DNA of 29,988 nucleotides, taken from the NCBI RefSeq assembly GCF_006345805.1, contig NW_021832692.1, forward strand, positions 1 through 29,988, given 5' to 3'. Both the position numbers and the translations under genes were made by a program. Each line of letters begins with the position of its first letter. Within the stretch, counting starts at the first letter, position 1. This stretch comes from Octopus sinensis (Eukaryota). The notes beneath the pieces were generated by a model. That model saw nothing but the letters and a program-made list of their open reading frames with translations, made no database searches and was not told where the DNA came from. Shown here one piece after another: positions 1-10,077 of the stretch.

Positions 1-1100
1 AGGAAGTGAGTCGGTTAAACAACGGATTCTTCATATACATAGGAGATATTATCAACCTCTTAGTTATAATTTTACAATAAATTCAGTAAGAAATAGGCAG
101 GTTAGGAATGACCCCACTAGAAAATGGGGAATAATTTGGTTCACCCTACCTTTTTCCCCTCAAGTTAAGAATCTCCATTATTCTTTCAGATCATTTGAAA
201 AAACTTTCATCTGGATCATCCCAGCTTGAACAATATCATCCCAGCTTGAACAAAGCTAATTTGGGCTTCATCGTTGCTGCTAATAATAGATTTAAACTTA
301 AAAAGAATACTCGGGAAAAAGAATCCATGTAACGTACCTAGGAAGGTAGTAATCTGAATTCCATAAAAAAGAACTCGTAATTACCGATTCCCAGAATTTT
401 TCCTGTTAAAAGGTTTTGAAAAGGTGTGAAGAACCTCAAAAGAATCTAAGAAAATTTACATGAGGAGCACAATAGGCTTTAAAACTAGATATAGGGGGTA
501 TAAAAATTCATTTACAAACCCTGGCACGAAAGATTTGACAGTACTAACCAGGAACATAGATAATTTTAAAGTGCAAAATAAACAATTTAAACTAGATTGG
601 TCAATAATTACTCAAACTACTCCATATAACACATACACAATAGAATGTGTAGATTATGCACTGAAGCATCAATTAATATACCTTGTATAAGTAGAAAAAT
701 ATTAAATAAAATTTCGGATGCTTTTATACTTTGTAAACATAGGTATTTTTCACCTTAAATTTTTTTTCTCATTAAGATATAACCAAGCCATGTTAATAAT
801 TGAAACCAAAATTCCGACCTTTCATTCCCAATAAATATAAGAATAGCCATAGATGCGTTATTTTTCCATAAGATTTGGAGCATATTTAACCCTCATTTTA
901 GAAGTTTTTTTACTTATCTGAACATATTTTTATCGTAACATAGGATACCTGGTCCCTGTATGAAGTCTTTTAAAATCTCTTAAATAATTTAAAAAACTTT
1001 TCTAATAATCCCCGATGAAGAAAATGTATATACTCGAGATGGGTACAAATAATTCCCCCATTTTGAAATAACTTTCGCGAAACGGTCGTAGGATATGTAT
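1..1100 (+). mobile_element. Decayed Penelope-like retroelement, 3' portion (RT thumb/linker, GIY-YIG endonuclease, 3' UTR); continues upstream of the window
   Basis: About 104-170 translates RNDPTRKWGIIWFTLPFSPQVK, resembling the PLE IIWFNPPYS thumb/linker motif. About 454-690 gives IYMRSTIGFKTRYRGYKNSF...FKLDWSII, a degenerate YIG motif with the FK.RY..HK.SF helix. An alternative frame near 640-670 reads RMCRLCTEA (C-terminal CxLC). Several stops and frameshifts. A degenerate hammerhead-like motif follows at 1008-1094. Confidence 0.7.
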
Positions 1101-1406
1101 GAATTTGATCTCTGGACTTAAGTATTCGCTTTATTGAGCTACCCATACATCTTTCTAATATTTTCAATTTTGCAATGCGTTTTAACCTTCAACGTTTTTA
1201 TGTTTGAGAACGGATTTACAATTTCAGGCGATCTGATACAGATATATATTTTATATTTCTATATTTCTATAAAAATATTTGCATATATATATATTATATA
1301 TTTTACAAGAGGAATTGTGTCTTTCGAAAATATACTGAGGAAAATAATCTGTTTTTTGGTTGTCAATATCTCGAAGATTGTTTTTTCATTGAAATCTACA
1401 TACTCC

Positions 1407-1513
1407 CTCTCTCTCTCCTCTTTCTCTCATCTCTCTCTCTCTCTCTCTATATTATCTAATATATATATAATATATACAACTACATACACATATGCATACT
1501 TACAAACACACAC

Positions 1514-1556
<43 letters not shown>

Positions 1557-1775
1557 TATATACATGTATATACATACACGCCTTCATATGCTCCGTACAC
1601 CTGTTTTCATACGCATGGCCTCTTAAATGCGAAAACACCGATACATAACAAAAGTCTTTACGCAGAAACATACTTATTCCTTCTAGATATATACACGCAG
1701 GTACGCACATACACACATTCACACAACACACACACACACACCTCTACCAACCGACGCATATAAATACACACACAT
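1407..1775. repeat. Compound microsatellite (CT)n/(TA)n/(CA)n
   Basis: Directly visible dinucleotide arrays. Confidence 0.9.
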
Positions 1776-2139
1776 TTACACAGGGGCAAAACTTTTATTA
1801 TAACTACTAAGTTTGTAAAATGCTATGAGCTTCGTATTTTAATTGCCAAATGAAGCCATTTCTCGTTCTTCGCGGTTTTATTGCCTCTTGGATAAGACAT
1901 GACTTTGTATATTTATAATTTTCTCCATCAATTCTTCTTTAATTTACGCCTGCATATACATATATACTAGCAATTTGCTACTGGTTATACTTTTTCACAT
2001 ACAGATGTAGACATAAGAGCATACACACACACACATTGATGTACTTATGCAATAACTCACACACACGTTGATTATATAACCTGAGTCACTTTCTTGCAAA
2101 ACTCTAGTTTTAGAATCGGTAACCAGTATATATTATGTA

Positions 2140-2145
2140 TATATA

Positions 2146-2201
<56 letters not shown>

Positions 2202-2265
2202 TATATATATATTATATATATTTTATATTTATATACATATATATATATATATATATGATATATCC

Positions 2266-2297
<32 letters not shown>

Positions 2298-2472
2298 AGA
2301 AGGAGAGAGAGATGGTCGTATCCTACAAGCAGTCGTCAACTATTTTTATCGAAACGGTTATTAACCCGATATTTACACGCTATTTTTTTTAGGTCTATTT
2401 GCTTCGTGATTCACCTTTCATATAAAGAATTATTTCGTGTTCTCTAAGTTTTCTAAATTCTTATGATATCAA

Positions 2473-2522
<50 letters not shown>

Positions 2523-2687
2523 ATACGTAAATCATATATTTGAATATATGTAATATATATATCTATATAATACATATATTCACAAATATATGATATACGT
2601 ATTTACTTTTATATGAATATATATTGAAACACTTGCACATACATATACATATATATACAATAATACATGCGTATATATATATATATG

Positions 2688-2723
<36 letters not shown>

Positions 2724-2901
2724 CACATATTCAAGTATATGTATATATGCAGCTGTGCGTGTCGTCGTGTGTATGTATGAAAAGAAACAAAACATTTTCT
2801 GATGGTAGACATATATCGGTGAGTAAAATTTATTGATGATATCGATTTGTCTGGGACTTCAAATGTCGCCTTTAACGGCGTATCTGCTTATCTGTGTGTG
2901 C

Positions 2902-2951
<50 letters not shown>

Positions 2952-3029
2952 TATATATGTATATATATTTACACACATATATATATGCGTGTGTATCTAT
3001 GTATATATATATGTGTGTATATTTGTATA

Positions 3030-3082
<53 letters not shown>

Positions 3083-3165
3083 TTAAGGAATGAATAGGTC
3101 GCGTTGAATTAAATAATACATAATAAATTATATATATATGTATATACATACATGCATGTATGGGT
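2140..3165. repeat. (TA)n-dominated compound microsatellite field with (GA)n at ~2268-2312 and short unique spacers
   Basis: Directly visible; source of the spurious poly-YI ORFs. Confidence 0.9.
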
Positions 3166-3651
3166 ACAGGACGTCACCAACGGTGCAAATAACATGAAAT
3201 ATGTAAAGAAACGAGGGAAAAACGAGTGAAATATGTAGACAACGAGAAAAATGGGAAATAGGACAAGTAAACACAGTGAAGGGACCCTTCATCAGTTGCT
3301 GGTTATCTACCTACTCCTCTTTTCGAGCATTCAACGACAATAGGAGTCGCCAAAGACAGTTGCTCCCATAAACTCTAAAATGAAATTTAGGATTTATGGA
3401 GGGTCAAAGTTGGGAATAGAAAAATAACAGTGGAAATATGCAAGAAAACCGAACGAAAACAAGCATAGAGTGTCGTAAGACCAGAACGAGAGGAAAATAA
3501 TAAACGCTGGGAGAAACCCTTTTTTTTTTGAAAGAGAAAATATAGAAGAAAAAGAGAGAAAACCACGTCCGTTCTTTCAAACGTCCGTACAGGAAAAGAA
3601 AGATTGTCATGTGAGGAAAAGAAAGATGGACGATTGTCCCGTGGGAGTAAC

Positions 3652-3690
<39 letters not shown>

Positions 3691-3889
3691 AAACGGTGAA
3701 GAAGAGAGGGGAAAGAACGGAATTAGATATACATAGCATCTTAAAAGCCGCACTCCGCGCGGACTTTTACACTGGTGATCTAATTAGGCCTGCGGCCCAA
3801 GACGATAAACCATTTTTTTGCATCCTACTATCTCAGATGTATATCACAGAGTATCACATTTGGAGAATTTTGTATCACGGGGACATTTG

Positions 3890-4330
3890 AAGATAAACAG
3901 CAGGATATTCTTGGTTTTACTATTTGATGTGAATATGAATAGATTGCTACCATTTCCAACTCTGGAACATCGAACATAGGGCTGACCATAAGAAACAATT
4001 TTCAGTGATTGTCCTTGACCCTTGTTAATTGACATTGTAAAACTAACTCTTACTGGAAATTGAGGTCTCTTGAATTTAAAGTGCCTTTCTGCTAGAATCA
4101 GTGGAATTCTTGGAATAAATACATTTTCTCCCTTTCCTTGTCCAGTGAGGATTGTTGCTTCCAAAAGATGTGGATGCAATTGCCTGATAATGAGTCTTGT
4201 TCCACTGCACATCTTTGGGGATCCAGATTTCTGAGAAGCATGATTGGGACTCCTTTCTTCAATGGCAGTTTGTAAGAAGACATTCCAAGAAGATCCAAGG
4301 AGTTAAGAAACTCAGGAGTTGTTATTATAG
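3890..4330 (-). pseudogene. Helitron RepHel PIF1-like (SF1) helicase C-terminal fragment, frameshifted
   Basis: Joined frames read PEFLNSLDLLGMSSYKLPLKKGVPIMLLRNLDP / CSGTRLIIRQLHPHLLEATILTGQGKGENVFIPRIPLI...QFPVRVSFTMSINKGQGQSL...SYGQPYVRCSRV...KTKNI. These are the characteristic Helitron/PIF1 motifs (LLRNL, CNGTRL, IPRI, QFP.R..FA.TINK.QGQS, GQLYVA.SRV). Confidence 0.92.
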
Positions 4331-4344
4331 AAGATACATATATA

Positions 4345-4550
4345 TTGTGGCTTTGTATCTCTGTTTGACCCCTACCACCACTTGATAACTGGTGTTCGCA
4401 TGTTTACGTTCAAATAACTTAGCAGTTCGGTAAAAGAGATCAATGAAAAAGTACTAGGCATAAAAAAGAAACTGGTGCCGATTTGTTCGATTAAAACTTT
4501 TCAGCAAGGTGCCCCAGCGTGGTCGCAGGCTGATGACTAAAGATAAAAGA
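4345..4550 (+). mobile_element. Decayed 3' half of SINE family A inside Helitron unit A
   Basis: Similar to 14265-14479 (cttga.aac..tg.tg...gtttacgt...taacttagc.gttcgg.aaaagaga...gatttg.tcga...ggtgc.ccagc.tggtcgcag). Confidence 0.7.
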
Positions 4551-4834
4551 ACCACTAGATTATTTAGTAGGTCTTTAAGCTTAGGTATTCACATATCCCA
4601 GTAATACTATGGCATTAAAACCTCTCACGGTCGCTTTATCTGCTAGAAATAACAACCTGAATGCTTTAAAATCAGATTCTAATGCTGGATGTTCAAGAAC
4701 CAAATGAAGGGTAAATTTTCAATCTCGGGGCCATCCTGATTCCAAAAAGTTATAATATGTCTATGAAGAGCAGATGTAGACTGCGATTATAGGGGTCTCA
4801 GACCGACAGACAAAATTTCGCTGTTATTAACATA

Positions 4835-5402
4835 CTAGCTTAAAAGCCGCATTCCGTGCGGACTTTTAACCTAGTCCCTACAGAGGGCTATTTGGGCCAA
4901 TTTCTAATTTATATCACAGAATATCACATTTAGGGAATATTGTATTTGGAGTATCACATTTGTAGATTACAGTAAAGCGCCAGGATGAACAGCATTCTTG
5001 GTTGACAGACAGACTGCCGCATTCATTATTGTAGATAACGGAGGTAAATGTCACAAAGTTTTGATATTAAATTCAAAAAGTTTTAGAATTAAATTCTAAA
5101 AAAACTTTGATCAGTTTTCTGACACAGAATATCACGTTTATTATTATAGCTTAGGCAGGTAACTCTTGTAAACTGTTTGAAACCTCTCCTAGTAGGTTTA
5201 CTTGCTTTTAATAGCAGCCCAAATGCTCTTACATCAAATCCCAATGCTGGATGTTCAAGAACCAAATGAAGGTCAGATGTTCAATCCCGTGATCATCCTG
5301 ATTCCGAAAAGGTGTAATATGTCTATGTAGAGCAAATGTACACTGAGAAACAGGGGTCCCAGACAGACAGAATTTCACTTCTATTTGTATAGAATACATA
5401 GA
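4835..5402 (-). mobile_element. Helitron unit B, short non-autonomous copy (~570 bp) directly abutting unit A
   Basis: The minus strand starts A|TCTATGTATTCTATAC...(CTGT)n at 5402 and ends with hairpin ccgca-cggaa-tgcgg followed by CTAG|T at 4835. These match the canonical TC...CTRR termini and A|T target. Both ends are homologous to unit A. Confidence 0.75.
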
Positions 5403-5414
5403 TACAGACGGAGT

Positions 5415-5545
5415 AGGGGCTTACGAACCACATGGTTCCGGGTTCAGTCCCACTGCGTGGCACCTTGGGAAAGTGGCTTCTACTATAGTCTTGGGCCGAC
5501 CAAAGCCTTGTGAGTGGATTTGGTAGGTGGAAACCCGTTGTATGT
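5415..5545 (+). mobile_element. 5' half of a tRNA-derived SINE family A copy, split by the PLE insertion
   Basis: aaccacatggttccgggttcagtcccactgcgtggcaccttgggaaagtg...gggccgaccaaagccttgtgagtggatttggtag matches 14097-14200 and the reverse complement of 20230-20325. B-box-like GGTTCAGTCCC. Confidence 0.85.
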
Positions 5546-5548
5546 ATG

Positions 5549-5577
<29 letters not shown>

Positions 5578-5579
<2 letters not shown>

Positions 5580-6161
5580 ACCCTATACATACACACGTCC
5601 AGACCCCGCATACGCACTTATACTCTCTCATACACACACACACACTTATACATACTAATACGTACTAATACATACTAATACATACTAATACATACACCAA
5701 CCAACCCCATACATACGCACGTCCAGACCAATCCTACGCACTAATACTCTCTCATACACACACACACACACACACACATACCCTTATACATACAATACAT
5801 ACACCAACCCTATACATACACACATCCAGACCCCTCCTACGCACTATTAGCTGGTCCCTCAACCCTATTATCAACCCTATTATCTCCCCTTATTTCGCTC
5901 TCGCGTCTCATGTTTGATCTTTGACCTCTGGCCGAAATCAGATCGCCATGTTGATTCGTTAGCTACTGCACGCATTTTTTTTCTCTCCTTCTTTCTGTGT
6001 TTTTTTTTCTCTCTGTGTATCTTTCTGTTGAAGAGCGTAGGCTCGAAACGTTAAAGACTTGTTTTATTTATATTTCCTGAGCGCCATACTAATACAATTG
6101 TTCGTTTGTTTTCCACCTGCCTTCGTCTTTTGTTTATTTTCATAAAGCTTCCCGTTATATA
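5578..6161 (+). repeat. 5' pseudo-LTR (partial upstream tandem copy of the element's 3' end)
   Basis: Near-identical to 10078-10666; both begin ccctatacatacacacgtccagaccccgcatacgc and end cataaagcttcccgttatata. Confidence 0.92.
6020..6057 (+). ncRNA. Minimal type I hammerhead ribozyme motif (variant core), copy 1
   Basis: Stem I TCTTT (6020-24)/AAAGA (6053-57). Core CTGTTGA+A. Stem II GAGC-gtag-GCTC. GAAA. Palindromic stem III ACGT. Predicted GUU cleavage triplet (6050-52). Confidence 0.8.
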
Positions 6162-6761
6162 TTATGCGCTCACGTGGTCTCACTTTCATCCTATATTCTA
6201 CCAATACCACTATCAACACTTACCTCTACCTTGGATTTTCTTTACCTCTTGGATACTTACCATTGGCTGCACCTCTCTTTCGCGGATCAAAGTGACTTTG
6301 CATTGATGTGAAATCCTTAAAAAATATACCACGACGTCTACACATTTCTCACCTTGAACTTTCAACCTTGAACTTGTTCGCATAAACTGTCCCGTTTGTT
6401 GTATTTTTATTTTCTCTTATATTACCACTTTTTTTACATTCATTTCATGCTTTCCACATTTTCCTGCATATTTGTTCTCCTTTCCGTCTTCTTCCCTCCT
6501 CTGGATGTCCATACTCCGTTTCCTCTGCCTGCACCCCCCTTTTTTTTGCCTCCCCTCTCTGCTTCCCTTCTTTCTTTCCCTTTTCCGTTTGCCCCGTCTT
6601 TTCTGCCCCTATCGCTTACTTATCTAGTTTTTCATACGATTATTATTTTTTTGTTTTTTTGAACGTTTGTTTTTTCCCCTTTTTTCGCTATCCTTTTTTC
6701 TATTTTTTTTTCATACGATATTTTTGTTTTTTTTCGAACGTTTTTTTTTCCCTATCCCATC

Positions 6762-9700
6762 ATGCCGGATCCTAGGTCCTACCTCCTCACCCTCCATCAC
6801 CGTTTGAAGGATCATCTCCGTTCACTTCCTGTATATTGCCTTCAGCCGTCCGTTAATCTCTCTCTACTTCTTTTTAAAAAACCCGCTTCTCTAGCCATGT
6901 CTCTTTCCTAAGCCGCTGCCTACATCACCGACTCATCCCTAAAGGTTTCCGCCTCCACTTCCACCACCCTGCTCTCCACTCGGATTCTTCCATCTTACCC
7001 ATACTCCGCACCACATCTTACCGCCTTATGCGGGCCACACATTCCATTCGCTCCAATCTCTCCAAACTACATGCCATCAACCGCCTTCTTCCTCCTGCTT
7101 TCTCCACCTTCTTCTCCTCTCTGCCGCCTCTCTATGCTCCAAACACGCTACGCTTCATTATCCATTTGAATCAACTCTTCCATCAATTTCTTTCTGATAC
7201 CAAACTTCGTAAACTCCAATCACTCTTCCATTCCACCCTACCCGACCGCCACTACCCCAACTCCTCCACCACCCTTCTCCCCTCCCGATAGGCTCCATCC
7301 ACCCACACCTAACCCCACTGCCCATGCCCCTCCCTACAACCCCTTCTCCCCTCCCGTTAGGCTCCATCCACCTACACCTAACCCTACTGCCCCGCCCAAC
7401 CACCCCCCACATACCTCCCCATCCCTCCCCAATCTCTCCCCCTCAGACCTCCACGAGACCTACCACCCCTCCTACTTCTATTCCACCCACCCCTTATCCA
7501 CTTCCGTCTGTTGTTACCATTCCCCCGATCTTCCCCTCTCTGCGGCTGAACGCTCCGTCCTTGTAGGGGTCTGCGTTTCATCCCCCTCACTCCATCCTGT
7601 AAGGAATTCCAGACGCGAGTTGATGTCCACAGCTTTGTGCGCCGTGTCCGGTTGGGTGCGCATTACCACGACTCGCCACCCACACCCCCAACGAGAGGAC
7701 TGCTTCACCCTGGCCTGGGCCGCCGACCATCCCCGTGGACGCCTGCCCCTGGCCAGATCCTAGCAGTGGATCTTTTCGCGGGCGCTTGTCAGCGTGCATT
7801 GGAGCGGTTCAACTTCTCCAGGCGCCAACGCCGCCTCAACATATCCCCGGCTGAGCTCTTGGCTCTTCGTTCCCTCCAACGGCGCGCTGACATTATCATC
7901 AAACCGGCTGACAAGGGTGGAGCTGTAGTGGTGTGGGGCGCGGACCTCTATAGGGCCGAGGCTTTCCGCCAACTCAATGACACCTCCTTCTATTCCCCTT
8001 CTGCCCTCTAACCCCACACGTAGCTACCAACAGACGGTATCCTCTACTGTCCAAACCTCATCTCGTCCTCCCGTCTCCTCCCACACCGCATCCACCTAAT
8101 TGTGCGAACCCCACTTACCCCCACCATTTACTTCCTCCCAAAATCCACAAACCCAACAACCCTGCCGCCCCATCGTCTCCGCCTGTAACTGCTGCCCACG
8201 GAGCTCATCTCTAAATACCTCGACCGTGTCCTTGCCCCCCTAGTGGCATCTCTTCCCTCCCACATCCACGATACCAAACCATGCTCTCCGGCTTTTCAAC
8301 TCTTTCTCCTTTCCTCCCGGCTCCTCCAAAATCTTTTTACTATGGACATCCAAAGCCTCTATACTGTTATCCATCACCACGAAGGACTGCAGGCCCTTCG
8401 ACACTTTCTTGACCTCCGCTCTAACCCTGTACCTGACACTTCCACACTCATTCGTCTGGCCGAACTTGTCCTTACTCTGAACTGCTTCTCGTTCGCGGGC
8501 GAGTTCTACCATCAGGTCTCGGGAGTGGCCATGGAAACGCGAATGGGCCCCAACTATGCGAACCTGTTCGTTGGCTATGTTGAGGCCCAAATATTCTCTA
8601 ATTTTACTGGTCCCACTCCCGAACTATATGGTCGTTACATTGACGACATTATCGGTGCCACCTCACTCTCCCGCGAACATCTAGATTCCTTCCTCTCTTT
8701 CGTCCAATCTTTCCATCCAGCCCTCCACTTCACTTCCACTATCTCCAACACCTCTGTCTCCTTCCTCGACATTTCGGTTAGCATTCTTCACTCCACTCTT
8801 ACCACCTCCATTCACTACAAACACACAGACTCACACTCATACCTCAACTTCTCTTCCTCCCACCCAGAACACACCAAGCTTTCCATCCCCTATTCCCAAT
8901 TCCTCCGTCTACGTAGGCTCTGTAGTGACGACCATGACTTTGAGACTCAGTCTCAACGTATGGCTCACCACTTCACCCTACGTGGACCCCCCTCACCACT
9001 ATCCACACCGCCCTTGCCAGAGCACGGTCCGTGGACCGTGTATCTCTGCTCTCTCTCTCCCCGAACCCGCCCTGTAGTCTCCCCGCCTCCCTTTTCCCCT
9101 CACTTACCACCCCACGACCCTACGTCTCCAACGCACCACCATCTTCGAGCTTTCCGTCATCTCCAGTCCGACCCGTCCACTTCACACCTCTTCCCTAACC
9201 GACCCCTCCCCTCTTTCAAACGAGCCCACAACCTTCGAGACCTTTTGGTCCATAGCTCCTTCCCTGACCCTACCTCCCAACCCGGCTCGTTCCCCTGCTC
9301 CCGCCCACGTTGCCGCACTTGCCCTTACCTCTCCAACACCACCCGCCTCACTAGCACCCACCATCGACCCTATCCCATCATCCACTCCTTCACCTGCACC
9401 TCCAGCAATATTATCTATTGCATCTCTTGCTCTCTCTGCAATTCCTTGTACATCGGACAAAACGGGACGCCGCTTGGCTGACCGTTCGCGGAACACCTTC
9501 GTGACATCCACCTTGCGAACGACACAACGGTCTCACGCCATTTCCCCGCTCCACCGGTCACTCCTTGCAACACCTATCTGTGTTCGGTTTGTCCTTACAC
9601 AGAGGCCATCCGGATTCCCGTTTGCGCCGTGAACAGGAATTAATCTTCTCTCTTCGCTCTTATACGCCTTTGGTCTCAACTCTCCCCCCCCCTCATCTAA
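6762..9700 (+). pseudogene. PLE polyprotein: N-terminal domain, Pro-rich linker, reverse transcriptase, Cys-rich Zn-binding linker, GIY-YIG endonuclease; many 1-bp frameshifts
   Basis: ATG at 6762 (MPDPRSY...). Segments in order: KTRFSSHVSFLSRCLHHRLIPKGF; VVTIPPDLPLSAAERSVL..GLRF; IIKPADKGGAVVV; LPKIHKPNNPGRPIVS (frameshifted); LFTMDIQSLYT; GVAMETRMGPNYANLF; RYIDD (YIDD 8636-8647); FLDI; YKHTDSHSYL; CSRPRCRTCPY; FTCTSSNIIYCISCSLCNSLYIGQ..RRLADRFAEH; REQELIFSL. Confidence 0.93.
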
Positions 9701-9965
9701 CCCCCCTCTCCCCCCGACCCCTATTCTTCAGTCCTTCATCCTTTCACCCTACTCCCCCCTTCCCTTCTTCCCTCTTTCTCCCTCCCTCTTCCCCTTCCCT
9801 CTGCTTCCCCACTCCCTCTCTCCCCCTCTCCCTCTTTTCCTCCTTCATCCCCCTCCTCCCCATCCTTCTCCCCCTCCTCTCCTCTTCCTCCCCCTCTCCT
9901 CCTCCCTCTCTTCCCCCCCTTCCTCCTCCCCCCTCTCCTCTCCCCCTCCCCTCTTCTCCTCACTA
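9700..9965 (+). repeat. Homopyrimidine (C/T-rich) low-complexity tract in the PLE 3' UTR
   Basis: About 260 bp almost free of purines on the + strand. Confidence 0.85.
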
Positions 9966-10077
9966 CACCACATGACTTTACACATCACATCACATATGAT
10001 GTGCCATACTAATACATACACCAACTAATACATACTAATACGTACTAATACATACTAGTACATACTAATGCATACAC

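Larger units (their letters stand above)
3733..4834 (-). mobile_element. Helitron unit A (internally deleted) retaining the helicase 3' end
   Basis: Contains a PIF1-like helicase remnant. A GC-rich subterminal hairpin lies at 3743-3768 (aaaagccgc-actcc-gcgcggactttt) near a degenerate CTAG end at ~3733. The 5' region (~4660-4834) is homologous to 5220-5393 and carries (CTGT)n near the 5' end. Confidence 0.75.

Noticed and set aside
215-254. 20-bp tandem duplication atcatcccagcttgaacaa
   Set aside because: Two-copy slippage duplication inside a dead PLE; not a CRISPR or functional array.
1134-3097. Long poly-YI/IY ORFs, and similar ones at 10660-13642, 18847-19560, 23159-23797, 25253-25765, 27498-28071 and 28556-28829
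   Set aside because: They are stop-free translations of (TA)n, (TATG)n, (TATC)n and (TAA)n arrays, not genes.
3168-3652. Purine-skewed block with CTGATGAAGGG on the minus strand (3285-3295), a possible hammerhead or PLE UTR
   Set aside because: No correctly placed GAAA, stem III or NUH follows or precedes it. It is probably an interspersed repeat, but it cannot be classified from this window.
5640-5700. CATACTAATA 10-mer repeats as a CRISPR or telomeric array
   Set aside because: No unique spacers and no telomeric motif; part of the pLTR minisatellite.
6870-6885. TTTTTAAAAAAC as a programmed -1 frameshift site in the PLE ORF
   Set aside because: Not an X XXY YYZ heptamer in the zero frame, and it is one of many homopolymer indels in this ORF.
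7158-9963. Minus-strand Gly/Arg-rich ORFs over the PLE
   Set aside because: Antisense shadows of a C-rich coding strand and of the pyrimidine tract.
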